The notes below the pieces were generated by a model that was not told the origin of the DNA, searched no databases, and worked only from the letters and a program-made list of their open reading frames with translations. Position numbers and translations under genes: made by a program. Below, piece by piece: positions 27,848 to 37,807 of a DNA stretch of 64,000 nt. Every line of letters starts with the position of its first letter. Position 1 is the stretch's first letter. Location of the stretch: the IMG/VR virus record IMGVR_UViG_3300038345_000144; one strand, given 5' to 3'. This DNA comes from a virus. Taxonomy: Duplodnaviria > Caudoviricetes.

Positions 27848-29101
27848 TTAGTCTTGAGGTGGGTAGGCAGGGTTTTTAACCGTAATACTTACCTCAAAAG
27901 TTCCTTCTAAATCATCATAGGTGCATTTTGTTCCTACAATTTTTAATCCAGTATCTTTAACACGGTCAACATATACTTGTTCTACTCTGTCAGAAAAATC
28001 ATCATTTCTATAAGCATAAATATCGCTATCACATATACCATAAATAATATCTTTTACGATTTTTTGCTTATCCTCACATCTCCAGAACATCTCTGATAAT
28101 TGTTGGATAGAATAACAAGGCTTGGGATATACCGTTACTAACGAGTGAGTATCAGTATCACAATCAGGCTGACTTATACAAACTATCACAGGACGGTGTG
28201 TGATTATACAATCTGGTTTCTCAAAGGTTATATCACAATTACCGTATATATCGTGCCAAACGCCAAAATTCAAATCAAGCGTAGGTTCATCTGCCATATC
28301 AGGGTTTTCTTTGAAAAATTGGCATAAATACTCCTCTAACTCTTTATTAAAGTCCGATGCCTCAATAGCGTCTATAATACTATCCCCTAATTTGGTTTCT
28401 AAAACATTACGGTCAATTTTTGACTTAACTTCTTGAGCACTTACTCGCCTTTCCCCTTCAACACTACCCTCGGCATACATTGAAATATCTACTTCCAACC
28501 AATTTCTATTGTGTTTATTTCGAGGTAAACATCCGTGAATTGTGTGTGCTATGATATTCTGTCCTTTAATATAAGGGTTCATAATGCCCATTTCATATAA
28601 GTCACAAACCGCCATAATATTTTTTGTATCAAATAATTTAGGCAGTTTTCTTTTAGCGTCTGGGTCACATTTTTTGAGTTTGTCTACTTCTGCTGGGGTT
28701 AATTCAATACTATGAACGGGAATATCTACCATATTAGATAAAACCTTTGGCGGGTAATGCGTATTGTCTGAAAGATATATCTGCTTACCATAACAAATCT
28801 GCTGAAGAGTTGTTTGATTTTTGTCTAATACATACCAATAATCTTTCGTTTGAAAATACACATCGTCAAAATGTGGTTCAAAGATTTTATTTTCTACAAA
28901 ATTAAGGAAAATATGATAATCTGGACTGCCCTCTAATTTGTGGGTATAATCAGGCTGAAGTTTCTTTATTGCGTCTTCAATTTTCGTTTCTTCATCAGGA
29001 AAACGCTTAACCAGCAACCTCAAAAACTCCACATCCTCCTTCGTCTTATCAGGAGCAGGGGGTTCTGGTATAGTTGATTGTTTAATTTTATCAAAGTCCA
29101 T
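27848..29101 (-). CDS. hypothetical protein, paralogue of 61193
   Basis: MD....KQ...FP.E; Y.LD....TL; D....LE.....FF; KNP at C-terminus. Confidence 0.8.
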   Translation of the reverse strand: MDFDKIKQSTIPEPPAPDKTKEDVEFLRLLVKRFPDEETKIEDAIKKLQPDYTHKLEGSPDYHIFLNFVENKIFEPHFDDVYFQTKDYWYVLDKNQTTLQQICYGKQIYLSDNTHYPPKVLSNMVDIPVHSIELTPAEVDKLKKCDPDAKRKLPKLFDTKNIMAVCDLYEMGIMNPYIKGQNIIAHTIHGCLPRNKHNRNWLEVDISMYAEGSVEGERRVSAQEVKSKIDRNVLETKLGDSIIDAIEASDFNKELEEYLCQFFKENPDMADEPTLDLNFGVWHDIYGNCDITFEKPDCIITHRPVIVCISQPDCDTDTHSLVTVYPKPCYSIQQLSEMFWRCEDKQKIVKDIIYGICDSDIYAYRNDDFSDRVEQVYVDRVKDTGLKIVGTKCTYDDLEGTFEVSITVKNPAYPPQD

Positions 29102-29113
29102 AGTAATTACCTC

Positions 29114-29329
29114 TTATTTTATGCTAATAAACACCGTATTATCATTGATGTCAATATCGCTTACCTCACGCTCAAACCATTCCTTCTCTTCATCGGAGGC
29201 TGGAAAGTTCATCTTCTTCTTGAGTTCGTGAATTCTTCCTGAATAATAGATGTTATTGCCTATTTCATCTGATAAACAGCAATCCATAAGAACGCTGTGC
29301 CATACCTTCAAAAGTGCTTTAAGGGTCAT
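29114..29329 (-). CDS. small hypothetical protein (family with 31443 and N-terminus of 34309)
   Basis: E.EV..I...D..V.I..K C-terminus. Confidence 0.7.
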   Translation of the reverse strand: MTLKALLKVWHSVLMDCCLSDEIGNNIYYSGRIHELKKKMNFPASDEEKEWFEREVSDIDINDNTVFISIK

Positions 29330-29331
29330 AA

Positions 29332-29769
29332 TTAGTCCTCCTCAATTTCATAGTCAGGATTGCCTCTATAACTCTCTAATTCCCACGGCTCACCATCTTC
29401 CCAAGTAAAGTGAAATCTACAATACATTCCAAACAAATAACCATTGAACCAAGTTAGATAAGGTCTGCTTTGGTAATAATTGTCCCCCGTGTATTCAGGA
29501 ATATCAACGGGCTTACCGTCAACAAATACCTTTTGTACTCCCTTATAGCCTAAATATGCTAAAAAATCAGACAAGCGACCCTCTTTCTCTGCACTTTGAT
29601 ATTCAAGGGAGGGACCATCCATTTCTTCACCGTCCCAGTCATAATCATCTTCCTTTATAGAAGTATCAATTTTGATTACTTTGGGTATGGTATATCCTGC
29701 AATTTGAGTTACAAAAGCACAACTGGACGAACTATTTGTCTCAAAAACTTCTCCTCTAATTTGTATCAT
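29332..29769 (-). CDS. ETNSS-motif protein, subfamily A
   Basis: MIQIRGEVFETNSSSSC. Confidence 0.8.
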   Translation of the reverse strand: MIQIRGEVFETNSSSSCAFVTQIAGYTIPKVIKIDTSIKEDDYDWDGEEMDGPSLEYQSAEKEGRLSDFLAYLGYKGVQKVFVDGKPVDIPEYTGDNYYQSRPYLTWFNGYLFGMYCRFHFTWEDGEPWELESYRGNPDYEIEED

Positions 29770-29781
29770 ATAGTATTCTCC

Positions 29782-30489
29782 TTAACCAATTTTCACTACC
29801 TCAAATTTAGTAGTAGCGTCTTTATCCTGAATTAACTTACTTAATTTTTCAATCATTTCTACCATTTGATTGCCCTCATCGCCTTCAAAATTAAAGTTTT
29901 TCAGGAGCGTACATAATCGCTCTGCTGTCTCAAAGGAACCACCTCGTCTGCATACATCGGAGGCAACTAAAATCACAAATAATGTGCCAAAGGATATTTG
30001 CTCATCAGATTTTTCTGCTACTATTCTTTGAAGCGTATTGTCAAAATCTATGTAGTCCATATAGGTATTATAGACATCAATGGCTTTTTTCAAAAAGGAA
30101 AAGTTTTCCCCGTGTTCATAGAGTTTTACATAGTCAAAGCACTTTATCCAACAGAAAAATGCCAGTTCGTAATTCTCTTGAAGTTCACTTATATAACCCT
30201 GTGCCATCCATTTTCTCAAATATTCAGGCATCTCTTTAGCGTTAATAATATTCTGGTAATTATCGGAAAATACATAAGCCCTTACGGTCTCATCTACTTC
30301 CGTATTACAAGAATACACAAAATGACATATAGGGCAAATTCCTACTAACTCCAGAAATTCGCCCTTATCATCATTATAAATATCCTCGTAGCGGAGGTTT
30401 TGTTCCCACTTCCATTTACGAGGTTTTATTGCCTTGTTACAACAAGGACAGAGTGTTTTATTACCGAAATCAAAACTTACCTTAAACAT
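29782..30489 (-). CDS. Zn-ribbon plus helical-repeat protein (DUF2225-like)
   Basis: CPCC...CPIC; D.CRR.G.FE.A. Confidence 0.55.
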   Translation of the reverse strand: MFKVSFDFGNKTLCPCCNKAIKPRKWKWEQNLRYEDIYNDDKGEFLELVGICPICHFVYSCNTEVDETVRAYVFSDNYQNIINAKEMPEYLRKWMAQGYISELQENYELAFFCWIKCFDYVKLYEHGENFSFLKKAIDVYNTYMDYIDFDNTLQRIVAEKSDEQISFGTLFVILVASDVCRRGGSFETAERLCTLLKNFNFEGDEGNQMVEMIEKLSKLIQDKDATTKFEVVKIG

Positions 30490-30503
30490 AATAAATTCCC
30501 TTC

Positions 30504-30974
30504 TTATGTGAGCCTAATGTGGAACGATTTAGCGTCTGGACCGTATTTTTGGGTAATACCCCATTCATAATGGTCGCTCTCACAAAAAGCGATTGACTTT
30601 GAGCCAAAGAAGATATTAGCAAAGGTACTGCTACTTCCTGCAATAAATCTACCACTAAAACCGTTTTCCTGAATATCCTTTACAATTTCCATTACTTTAG
30701 GGTCATCACATTTAATGTCCTTTACACCAATAGCATATAAAGAACCGATAATGCGTGTGATGTAATCCCACTCGTCCTTGAGGCTATCAGCCCACAAATA
30801 GTGGACATTAAAGTAATAGTCAATCAGGTTTTTGCCCTTGCCTATTTCAATAAAATCCTTATCCGTAGGCAGTTCAATGCTTGTAGGAATATTGACTGTA
30901 TCATTTTCAAAATACACAAACACATTACAGTCAGAACTGTTAGTCTCAAAGGTATTACTTCTTATAACAAACAT
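30504..30974 (-). CDS. ETNSS-motif protein, subfamily A
   Basis: MFVIRSNTFETNSSDC. Confidence 0.8.
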   Translation of the reverse strand: MFVIRSNTFETNSSDCNVFVYFENDTVNIPTSIELPTDKDFIEIGKGKNLIDYYFNVHYLWADSLKDEWDYITRIIGSLYAIGVKDIKCDDPKVMEIVKDIQENGFSGRFIAGSSSTFANIFFGSKSIAFCESDHYEWGITQKYGPDAKSFHIRLT

Positions 30975-30979
30975 ATGGA

Positions 30980-31432
30980 TTAGCCTCCACCTAATAGAAT
31001 ATACGCTATATTTTTATATTCACCTAAATAACCGTCGTGACCATAATAATCTCTATTTTCGGTTCCAAAAAACAGATTAAGTATGTCAGACTCACCAGCA
31101 CAATGCCACATACAGCGAGGCTTTGGATAACCTAAATCTCTTTCAGGGTCTCTCTCAAGTTCCTTTTTCTCGGTCTTGATAGCCTTAATAAAGTCGGTAT
31201 TTGAGCCATTATAGATGATTTTATCAACACCGTGTCTATATAGCCAGTTGGCTAATTTTTCGGACTCTTCTGCATCCAGTTCTCTAACAACTTTACGGAA
31301 AATATCTCCCGTATCATTATCAGCCGACAAATCAATTGTTTTAGTAAGTGATACCTCTTGCTCTTTTGGAATAATAAGAGCGTGGCACTCGGAACTATTA
31401 GTCTCGAATAATCCATATCTAACATTAAACAT
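30980..31432 (-). CDS. ETNSS-motif protein, subfamily A
   Basis: MFNVRYGLFETNSSECH. Confidence 0.8.
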   Translation of the reverse strand: MFNVRYGLFETNSSECHALIIPKEQEVSLTKTIDLSADNDTGDIFRKVVRELDAEESEKLANWLYRHGVDKIIYNGSNTDFIKAIKTEKKELERDPERDLGYPKPRCMWHCAGESDILNLFFGTENRDYYGHDGYLGEYKNIAYILLGGG

Positions 31433-31442
31433 AAATATATCC

Positions 31443-31643
31443 TCACTTCAGCATAATAATTGTAACGCTGTCATCTGACCTAATTCTATCAACTTCACTC
31501 TCAAGGATTTCCGTCTTATCAGGACCATCATAAGTAGCACGAAAATCACAACAATTTCCCTTATAAACTACTCTTCCGATAGTATCGTGGACAGCAATCT
31601 TGTCGTAAGCACTAATTAAAGCAATAACCTGTTCCATTTTCAT
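31443..31643 (-). CDS. small hypothetical protein (29114 family)
   Basis: 66-aa ORF with SD. Confidence 0.7.
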   Translation of the reverse strand: MKMEQVIALISAYDKIAVHDTIGRVVYKGNCCDFRATYDGPDKTEILESEVDRIRSDDSVTIIMLK

Positions 31644-31657
31644 AAGCCAAATTCTCC

Positions 31658-32140
31658 TTAATTGCCTTTTTCAATGACATCGTACTTATCGTGGTCATAA
31701 TCATCTGCATCAGGCGGGTCGTCACTATTATCGTTTCCTGTGTCTACCCAACCACCGCCAAATAAAAATCTATCTAACAAATTCTCATTGGCAAATAGGT
31801 CATTTAACGGGATTTCGTAGCCGTGGTCAATATAACCTGGGTTATTCTCGGCATATTCCCCGTCGCCCCACGCAGTCCATCTTAATTCTGGGCAGTCAAT
31901 CTCTTCAACGCCCTTACTCTTGAGATATGCAATAAAGCGTTCAACTTCTTCTCTACCACTATCCACGCAGGCTTGATAAATATAATTGATGGTATCACTC
32001 TCGGAACCAAATGACCAGCCGTACTCACCACCAGTTAAATGTACCCTTTTCGGGATATAGATGTTTGCGTCTTTAGGGATAACTAAACAGTGTACTGAAG
32101 AACTGTTAGTTTCGTATAATCCGTATCTAATATTTATCAT
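31658..32140 (-). CDS. ETNSS-motif protein, subfamily A
   Basis: MINIRYGLYETNSSSVH; GYIDH; LDRFLFG; TGNDN. Confidence 0.8.
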   Translation of the reverse strand: MINIRYGLYETNSSSVHCLVIPKDANIYIPKRVHLTGGEYGWSFGSESDTINYIYQACVDSGREEVERFIAYLKSKGVEEIDCPELRWTAWGDGEYAENNPGYIDHGYEIPLNDLFANENLLDRFLFGGGWVDTGNDNSDDPPDADDYDHDKYDVIEKGN

Positions 32141-32146
32141 ATTAAA

Positions 32147-32461
32147 TCACTCCTCAAAATATGGTTTTTCTCTGTCCTGTAATGTCCACACGACAATTTT
32201 CTCAATATGCAGATTTTCAAATCCGCACTGCTTTATATTATCATTAAGTGCCTGCTTTAGTCCAGAGAAATCGAACTGTGGTTTACCAAAAAGATAAAAA
32301 AATCTCTTATTAGCCACATCGTCTTTCCACGCACCGTCATTACGCTCTTCGACAAAGGTAAGTCCGTGGTCTCTTAAAACCTCATCACAATCAGCGTCGG
32401 TCCAATCCATATATTCTATGGAATTGCCCTTAACGAACATAGTAACATCGTACTGTTTCAT
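32147..32461 (-). CDS. hypothetical protein
   Basis: 104-aa ORF with SD. Confidence 0.75.
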   Translation of the reverse strand: MKQYDVTMFVKGNSIEYMDWTDADCDEVLRDHGLTFVEERNDGAWKDDVANKRFFYLFGKPQFDFSGLKQALNDNIKQCGFENLHIEKIVVWTLQDREKPYFEE

Positions 32462-32477
32462 ATCAATTTCTCCTAAC

Positions 32478-33116
32478 TCACTCTATTGGTGCATCAAAAT
32501 TTATGTTACTGCTATCATATTCTGTAATATCTAATGGCTCGACCTCAACACGGGTAATTGTGAGTGTATGATTTCCCAGCGTATTATGAATAAAATCGTT
32601 AAGAAAATGCTTCAACTCATCATATTGGCTTTCAGGAATGGGAGGATATATCTTATGAACCTTTACGCTGTTTTGCCATTCGTAATAATCTTCCAATTCC
32701 TCGTCTCCATCACATTCGCAAATACCGTACATCTCGAATTTCTCTTTAGCCCTAACCGTCTTATCTTCTTCTTTATACTCAAAATCGGTTTCCCAAACCG
32801 TATCGAGGTGTCCGTTGATAATTTTATTCATACCATTAGCAAAGTCAGGGTCTAATTTACCTGCTGTAAAACCTAATCCATAGAAATCCTCTCGCTTAAT
32901 TTCCAAGAAATCACTCATATCATCTATTAAATTAGTTTTTTCATACAGTAAATCATCATCTTGAGAATTGTCAGGAACACTCATAATCTGATTATATTTT
33001 TCAATTGAAAAATCAGGATAATAACGACGCTCCCACTCGATAAACTCTTCAAGGACAAATTCCTGTTTAGCGTACATAATTAAAGTGACAAATAATTGAA
33101 TTTCGTACTTTCTCAT
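32478..33116 (-). CDS. acidic hypothetical protein, related to 23041
   Basis: 212-aa ORF with SD. Confidence 0.75.
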   Translation of the reverse strand: MRKYEIQLFVTLIMYAKQEFVLEEFIEWERRYYPDFSIEKYNQIMSVPDNSQDDDLLYEKTNLIDDMSDFLEIKREDFYGLGFTAGKLDPDFANGMNKIINGHLDTVWETDFEYKEEDKTVRAKEKFEMYGICECDGDEELEDYYEWQNSVKVHKIYPPIPESQYDELKHFLNDFIHNTLGNHTLTITRVEVEPLDITEYDSSNINFDAPIE

Positions 33117-33128
33117 ATCACTTTCTCC

Positions 33129-33893
33129 TTATTTCTTTCTCTTTAGAACCTCTTGAGTCATTTTTTCCTGAAGAGCCTCATAATAATCGTCATCAGAGGA
33201 ATATTCCTGTTCCGCAATCTGCTCTGAAGACTCTTCATAAATCTCATCAAAAGTATCTAAATCAATGCCCCACTTCTCTCGGAAGGCAGTTTTATACTCC
33301 TCCCACTCCTTTTTCCTCTGCTCTTGGGCTTCTGCATCCTTTTTGAGTCTTTCAATCCATTCAGGCTTAAACTCCTGTTTAGCGAGAGAACACTCTTCCC
33401 ACGGAATTTCCTCATCAGTGTCACCGTCAAAGACTTTAACGACATAGTTAGGGTCTTTTGCCATCTGCTGAATACGGTAGCCGTCTAAATAATTGATACC
33501 TGTGGGACTATCTTCTATCTCGCTTCCCCAACTCTCCCACTCGGAAAAAGACTCATAACCTTCAGCAAAGAAACTCGCCATCAAATCTTCTTTAGCCATA
33601 TGAGAGTGAAATCCTGTGGCTCTTTCTTTATCTACTGTAACTGGAGCACCATCGACAAAAATCTCTTCAACTCCATTTTCCAGTAAGAAAGTAAAAAATG
33701 AGTTAGTATCATCAAAAGCAACTGCCCAACCATCAATTACATAGCGATAGTAACCGTCAAGGCGTGAGTCACCTCTTGAGTCAATTTGGACCGTTTTAGG
33801 GATTTTTATTGCGTCTGGACGATAACTGATTACACTAAATACGCAAGCACTGGAACTGTTTGTCTCAAACATACATCGTCTTATCTGTAACAT
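33129..33893 (-). CDS. ETNSS-motif protein, subfamily A, with acidic coiled-coil tail
   Basis: MLQIRRCMFETNSSSAC. Confidence 0.8.
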   Translation of the reverse strand: MLQIRRCMFETNSSSACVFSVISYRPDAIKIPKTVQIDSRGDSRLDGYYRYVIDGWAVAFDDTNSFFTFLLENGVEEIFVDGAPVTVDKERATGFHSHMAKEDLMASFFAEGYESFSEWESWGSEIEDSPTGINYLDGYRIQQMAKDPNYVVKVFDGDTDEEIPWEECSLAKQEFKPEWIERLKKDAEAQEQRKKEWEEYKTAFREKWGIDLDTFDEIYEESSEQIAEQEYSSDDDYYEALQEKMTQEVLKRKK

Positions 33894-33904
33894 AATGTTT
33901 CTCC

Positions 33905-34294
33905 TTATTGCTCTTCTAAATAAAAACTAACTGCTGTGTAATCGTCAACTGATGCTGTTGTAATATCCGCACAACGAGAAGGCGGGAAGGCTCCAAAGTA
34001 GTAAATGGCATATGTACCTACAAGATGGTCAATCATATACTCATCATCATCTTCTACATACTTCTGATACTGCCTTTGCCAGTAACCATCGCTGTCCTGC
34101 TTTAACTTCTCAAGAACATCTTTGCCCTTAATGAATGTAACAACACCATCGTCATTCTTTTTAGCAAAAAGACGCTCTTCAAGTTCCTCATCTTCAGACC
34201 TCTTCCAAAGTTTGTAGTCTGGGGTCTTCATAATGATAAGGGAATGAACGCTGGAACTATTAGTTTCAAAGATACAATTTCTTATCTGTAACAT
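33905..34294 (-). CDS. ETNSS-motif protein, subfamily B
   Basis: MLQIRNCIFETNSSSVH; V.FI.G..V.EK.K; YTA.SFY. Confidence 0.8.
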   Translation of the reverse strand: MLQIRNCIFETNSSSVHSLIIMKTPDYKLWKRSEDEELEERLFAKKNDDGVVTFIKGKDVLEKLKQDSDGYWQRQYQKYVEDDDEYMIDHLVGTYAIYYFGAFPPSRCADITTASVDDYTAVSFYLEEQ

Positions 34295-34308
34295 AGTATT
34301 TTCTCCTT

Positions 34309-34752
34309 TTAATCAAGAGGCTCAAACGGAGGTTTGGTAAGATAAACTTCTGAACCATTAGGCATTTCTCTATACTCTAAATGACCTACCGTAAACCTAT
34401 CTCCTTCTCTTTTACGCAATTCGTGTGGGAATTGACAAAATAACTTACCGTGAATACCATCATTAGCAACGGCTCTTAATTTATGTGAGATGGGGTCATA
34501 GACAACTTCAACAACTAATTTGCTATTGTCTAAAGGCTTACCACCCTTAACCTCAATTACGATTGCTCGGTTATCACCAACAGTAATATACTTGATTGAT
34601 TTTTCCAGTAATTCAGGCTCAATGGAGTCTTTTCCCCAGTTATCATACGCTACGGGGGCAGTATGCCAGTCATTTTCTTCGGTACAGTCATAGACCAAAT
34701 AGTGACAATTTACATCAAACTCGTTGTTTTCAATAAGTTCTTTTAACTTCAT
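34309..34752 (-). CDS. mosaic hypothetical protein
   Basis: N-half like 29114/31443, C-half like the C-terminus of 5018. Confidence 0.75.
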   Translation of the reverse strand: MKLKELIENNEFDVNCHYLVYDCTEENDWHTAPVAYDNWGKDSIEPELLEKSIKYITVGDNRAIVIEVKGGKPLDNSKLVVEVVYDPISHKLRAVANDGIHGKLFCQFPHELRKREGDRFTVGHLEYREMPNGSEVYLTKPPFEPLD

Positions 34753-34754
34753 AA

Positions 34755-35036
34755 TTAGCCTCCTAACAAGCCAATGAATACTAAACTATGGACATCAACT
34801 CCACCCTCTTTGGTTGCAATAAGCCCTTCAGGGGTTAAGCCCTGATAATCAAACTGGTAAACATAGCCATAAGAAGTAACTGCAAATACAGGTGAACCTC
34901 TATCTGTGGCTGTCAAAAATAATTTAGTATTATCATCACCAAGAATTATTAACCCGTTAGGGTCGGGAGTTACCATATCAGGCATTAAAGCATTATTCAA
35001 AGACAACTTTCCGTAAGCAAATGTACTAAAAGTCAT
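34755..35036 (-). CDS. hypothetical protein
   Basis: 93-aa ORF with SD. Confidence 0.7.
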   Translation of the reverse strand: MTFSTFAYGKLSLNNALMPDMVTPDPNGLIILGDDNTKLFLTATDRGSPVFAVTSYGYVYQFDYQGLTPEGLIATKEGGVDVHSLVFIGLLGG

Positions 35037-35058
35037 AGTAATTTCTCCTTTTCTTTTA

Positions 35059-35760
35059 TTATTCGGGTCTTTCTAATGGATTTTTACACGAAAGGTACAC
35101 AAGAATTCCTGTTTGCTCGAAACTATATTGTGGTTGTGTACTATTCATACCCAGTTCTATGTTCTTAAGCCCAAATTCCTCTAACCTGTTAATTAAGGCA
35201 TTGGCTATTTTTTGCGGGTCTACGCATAAGACATAGTTACTGGAATTTTTCTTTGTCATAAAGAGTTCGGTTTCCTCAAAATATGGTTCAAATATATCCT
35301 TGACGGTCTCATACTTTACGACCTTATTTGTATAACTTGACCTAAAAAAGAACCCAAAAGTTGGTAATTTTGACAAGTTAATTACATAAAATGTCTGGTC
35401 ATTACAGATTATCTCTGCTGACAAGGCATAAGGTCGGATTATTGTATGTTCGGTTTTTGGACCTTTAGGATATATCTCATATTGAGGAAGATTGACCAAG
35501 AAACTAAAGCCTAAAGTAGGTCTATATCCCGTGTGCTTTGAGTCGGTAAGCATTTTCTCGATAAATGTCTGTAAGTCATCATCTGGGATATTATCTATTG
35601 CAGATATAAAAGTATTGATAGACTCTGCCACATCTGCATCAAACTGCTTTAGTTTATCACTAAAGTCCATTCGGACCTTGTTAAAGTCATCTTGTCTTGC
35701 TTTTCTGTCTGCGTTAAAGGAATTTACTTTATGCTGTACTTGGTCAATATTTATTCCCAT
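35059..35760 (-). CDS. hypothetical protein
   Basis: 233-aa ORF with SD. Confidence 0.75.
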   Translation of the reverse strand: MGINIDQVQHKVNSFNADRKARQDDFNKVRMDFSDKLKQFDADVAESINTFISAIDNIPDDDLQTFIEKMLTDSKHTGYRPTLGFSFLVNLPQYEIYPKGPKTEHTIIRPYALSAEIICNDQTFYVINLSKLPTFGFFFRSSYTNKVVKYETVKDIFEPYFEETELFMTKKNSSNYVLCVDPQKIANALINRLEEFGLKNIELGMNSTQPQYSFEQTGILVYLSCKNPLERPE

Positions 35761-35771
35761 AAGGGTTCTCC

Positions 35772-36158
35772 TTATTCTTTAAGAATAGCGTAACTATCAC
35801 TAATCAAATCAATAGCAAAATTACCCCAGTCACCTGTGGCAATCTTGTTTTCTACCTGATTTACAGTGCCTCTTGCGAACATACCGTTCTTAACACCCTC
35901 GTTATAAGGGTGGCACAAGCAAGAGTGGAACAGAACAATCTCCCTGCCCTTGATAATTGCTAAAATGTCCTCATCGGTCATCTTCAAAAATCTATTGGTG
36001 TCAATGGAGTTATCCTTTTCGTTCAACTCAATACGATGTGCAGGGGCTACTAATGAGTTATTACACTTGTCGCAACAACCCATTGTGTAGGGTACGATAG
36101 GTTCGGGAAAGTTACTAACTTCTGTGAAGGCTTCCCCACAAATATCACAAATCTTCAT
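35772..36158 (-). CDS. Zn-finger hypothetical protein
   Basis: start at MKICDIC after AGGAGG; CCDKCN. Confidence 0.7.
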   Translation of the reverse strand: MKICDICGEAFTEVSNFPEPIVPYTMGCCDKCNNSLVAPAHRIELNEKDNSIDTNRFLKMTDEDILAIIKGREIVLFHSCLCHPYNEGVKNGMFARGTVNQVENKIATGDWGNFAIDLISDSYAILKE

Positions 36159-36171
36159 AGGCAAATCCTCC

Positions 36172-37179
36172 TTAATCGTTAGTAAATACTGAAATACCGC
36201 CCTTACGGTGTGCCGCCAAATAGAAATCGTGGCTGTGGAGGACATAAGTATTACCGCCTGCTCTCCACCAAATCAAGTCTGTAATCTCTCTGCCGTTATA
36301 CTCAAGAGGTGGTAACTCTCTTACATTTCTGATAACAACATTACCAGAGTCGGGGTCAAAGTCTGTTGAGAGGGATTGATTTGTCATATCCAATACATAA
36401 GCCTGACGGAAATCGTTGATTTCGATAATCTCGCCTACATAGTGGTCATCAGTATTGAACATCTCTGCTACTGCCTTTTCCTCGGCTTTCTTGAACTTGA
36501 TTGTACTTCTCTTGCTCATACCGTCCTTCATCATACCCATCCAGAGGTAGCCAGGTATTACATACTGACCGTTTTCGGTATCTCTCTCAAAGCCTAACAA
36601 GGAATTAACGCCATCAGTACAAACCTTGATAATACCAAGTCCCTTTGGTCCGATATACTTAACAGGAACCTTGATGTCAAATTCGCTGTTATATCCCTTT
36701 GGTGATACAGTTACATTGATATAATCGTTGTTAAAGTCCTTCTCACCCTCGTTGTGGATAGCATACTCTCTGTAATCAAGAGCGTGTCCGTGTGCATAAG
36801 CGTTCTCTTTTGCTGTGGTAATACCAACATAAGACCTGATTGGCTGAATACCCTGCAATCTTCCAGCACAATAGTTAACCAAAAGGGCAAAATAAAGGTC
36901 ATTTGCCGAAATGTCATAACCAAAGCCTGTTCTTTCCATCAACTCGTCCCAGAATGTAAGGATTGTAGTGATGTCCTCAAACAACTCATCGTCAATCTTG
37001 CCTGAAAAGATTTCGTCCATCATAGGACTAACTTCACTCTCCCAGCAATCAACAAGGTTGTCTAACTGGAATTTAGCAATCTTCGGGTCTCTTGCAAATC
37101 TGCTGTAAATTCTGCCGTTGTCCTTATCTCCGTTCATTACACGGGTAAGAGCAACCTCTACTCCATAATCTTTAATCAT
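36172..37179 (-). CDS. hypothetical protein
   Basis: 335-aa ORF with SD. Confidence 0.8.
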   Translation of the reverse strand: MIKDYGVEVALTRVMNGDKDNGRIYSRFARDPKIAKFQLDNLVDCWESEVSPMMDEIFSGKIDDELFEDITTILTFWDELMERTGFGYDISANDLYFALLVNYCAGRLQGIQPIRSYVGITTAKENAYAHGHALDYREYAIHNEGEKDFNNDYINVTVSPKGYNSEFDIKVPVKYIGPKGLGIIKVCTDGVNSLLGFERDTENGQYVIPGYLWMGMMKDGMSKRSTIKFKKAEEKAVAEMFNTDDHYVGEIIEINDFRQAYVLDMTNQSLSTDFDPDSGNVVIRNVRELPPLEYNGREITDLIWWRAGGNTYVLHSHDFYLAAHRKGGISVFTND

Positions 37180-37197
37180 AGTGCTTGTATTTCTCCT

Positions 37198-37413
37198 TTA
37201 TTCGGTAATTCCCCACTTCTTTTCGTACTCTTCGGTAGTCATTTTGCCTTCAAGAAGTAACTTAATGTCATCATTCTTGTCAGTAAACTTCTGCTTACGC
37301 TCCAAGTCTTCCTTTGTGGGCGGGTTTGTTTCTCTGTCGTGCATACGCTGTAATCTATCAGCGTCCATCATAAATGCCTTTACATCTTCGGGTAAGTCTT
37401 TATACTGTCCCAT
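37198..37413 (-). CDS. small hypothetical protein
   Basis: 71-aa ORF, GGAGG SD. Confidence 0.7.
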   Translation of the reverse strand: MGQYKDLPEDVKAFMMDADRLQRMHDRETNPPTKEDLERKQKFTDKNDDIKLLLEGKMTTEEYEKKWGITE

Positions 37414-37432
37414 AATTTACCTCCAAAATTAT

Positions 37433-37795
37433 TTAATCTGCATAGTAGAAACTAATTGCTGTGTAGCCGTTCTTTTCGGCTGTTTCAATATCCATATAGT
37501 TAGGTGGATAAGCGTCAAGTTCTCTAATTGCAAAGGAAACAACATCATATTCTTGGTCAACATACTTTGCCCATCTGTTGTTCTTTTTCATTTTCTCAAT
37601 GACCTTTTCACCTGAAATGAACTTTACATCGCCACTATCCTTATCAATAGTGTTAACCTGCATAAACATCATATCTTTAATTTCGCCACTGTTTCTTGAA
37701 TTCCACCACTTGTTGTATTCTGCGGTAGAAACAATGACTAAAGTATGTGTGCTTGAACTGTTGGTTTCAAAAAGTCCTGCTCTAATCTGGAACAT
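37433..37795 (-). CDS. ETNSS-motif protein, subfamily B
   Basis: MFQIRAGLFETNSSSTH; YTAISFY. Confidence 0.8.
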   Translation of the reverse strand: MFQIRAGLFETNSSSTHTLVIVSTAEYNKWWNSRNSGEIKDMMFMQVNTIDKDSGDVKFISGEKVIEKMKKNNRWAKYVDQEYDVVSFAIRELDAYPPNYMDIETAEKNGYTAISFYYAD

Positions 37796-37807
37796 AATAA
37801 TTCTCCT

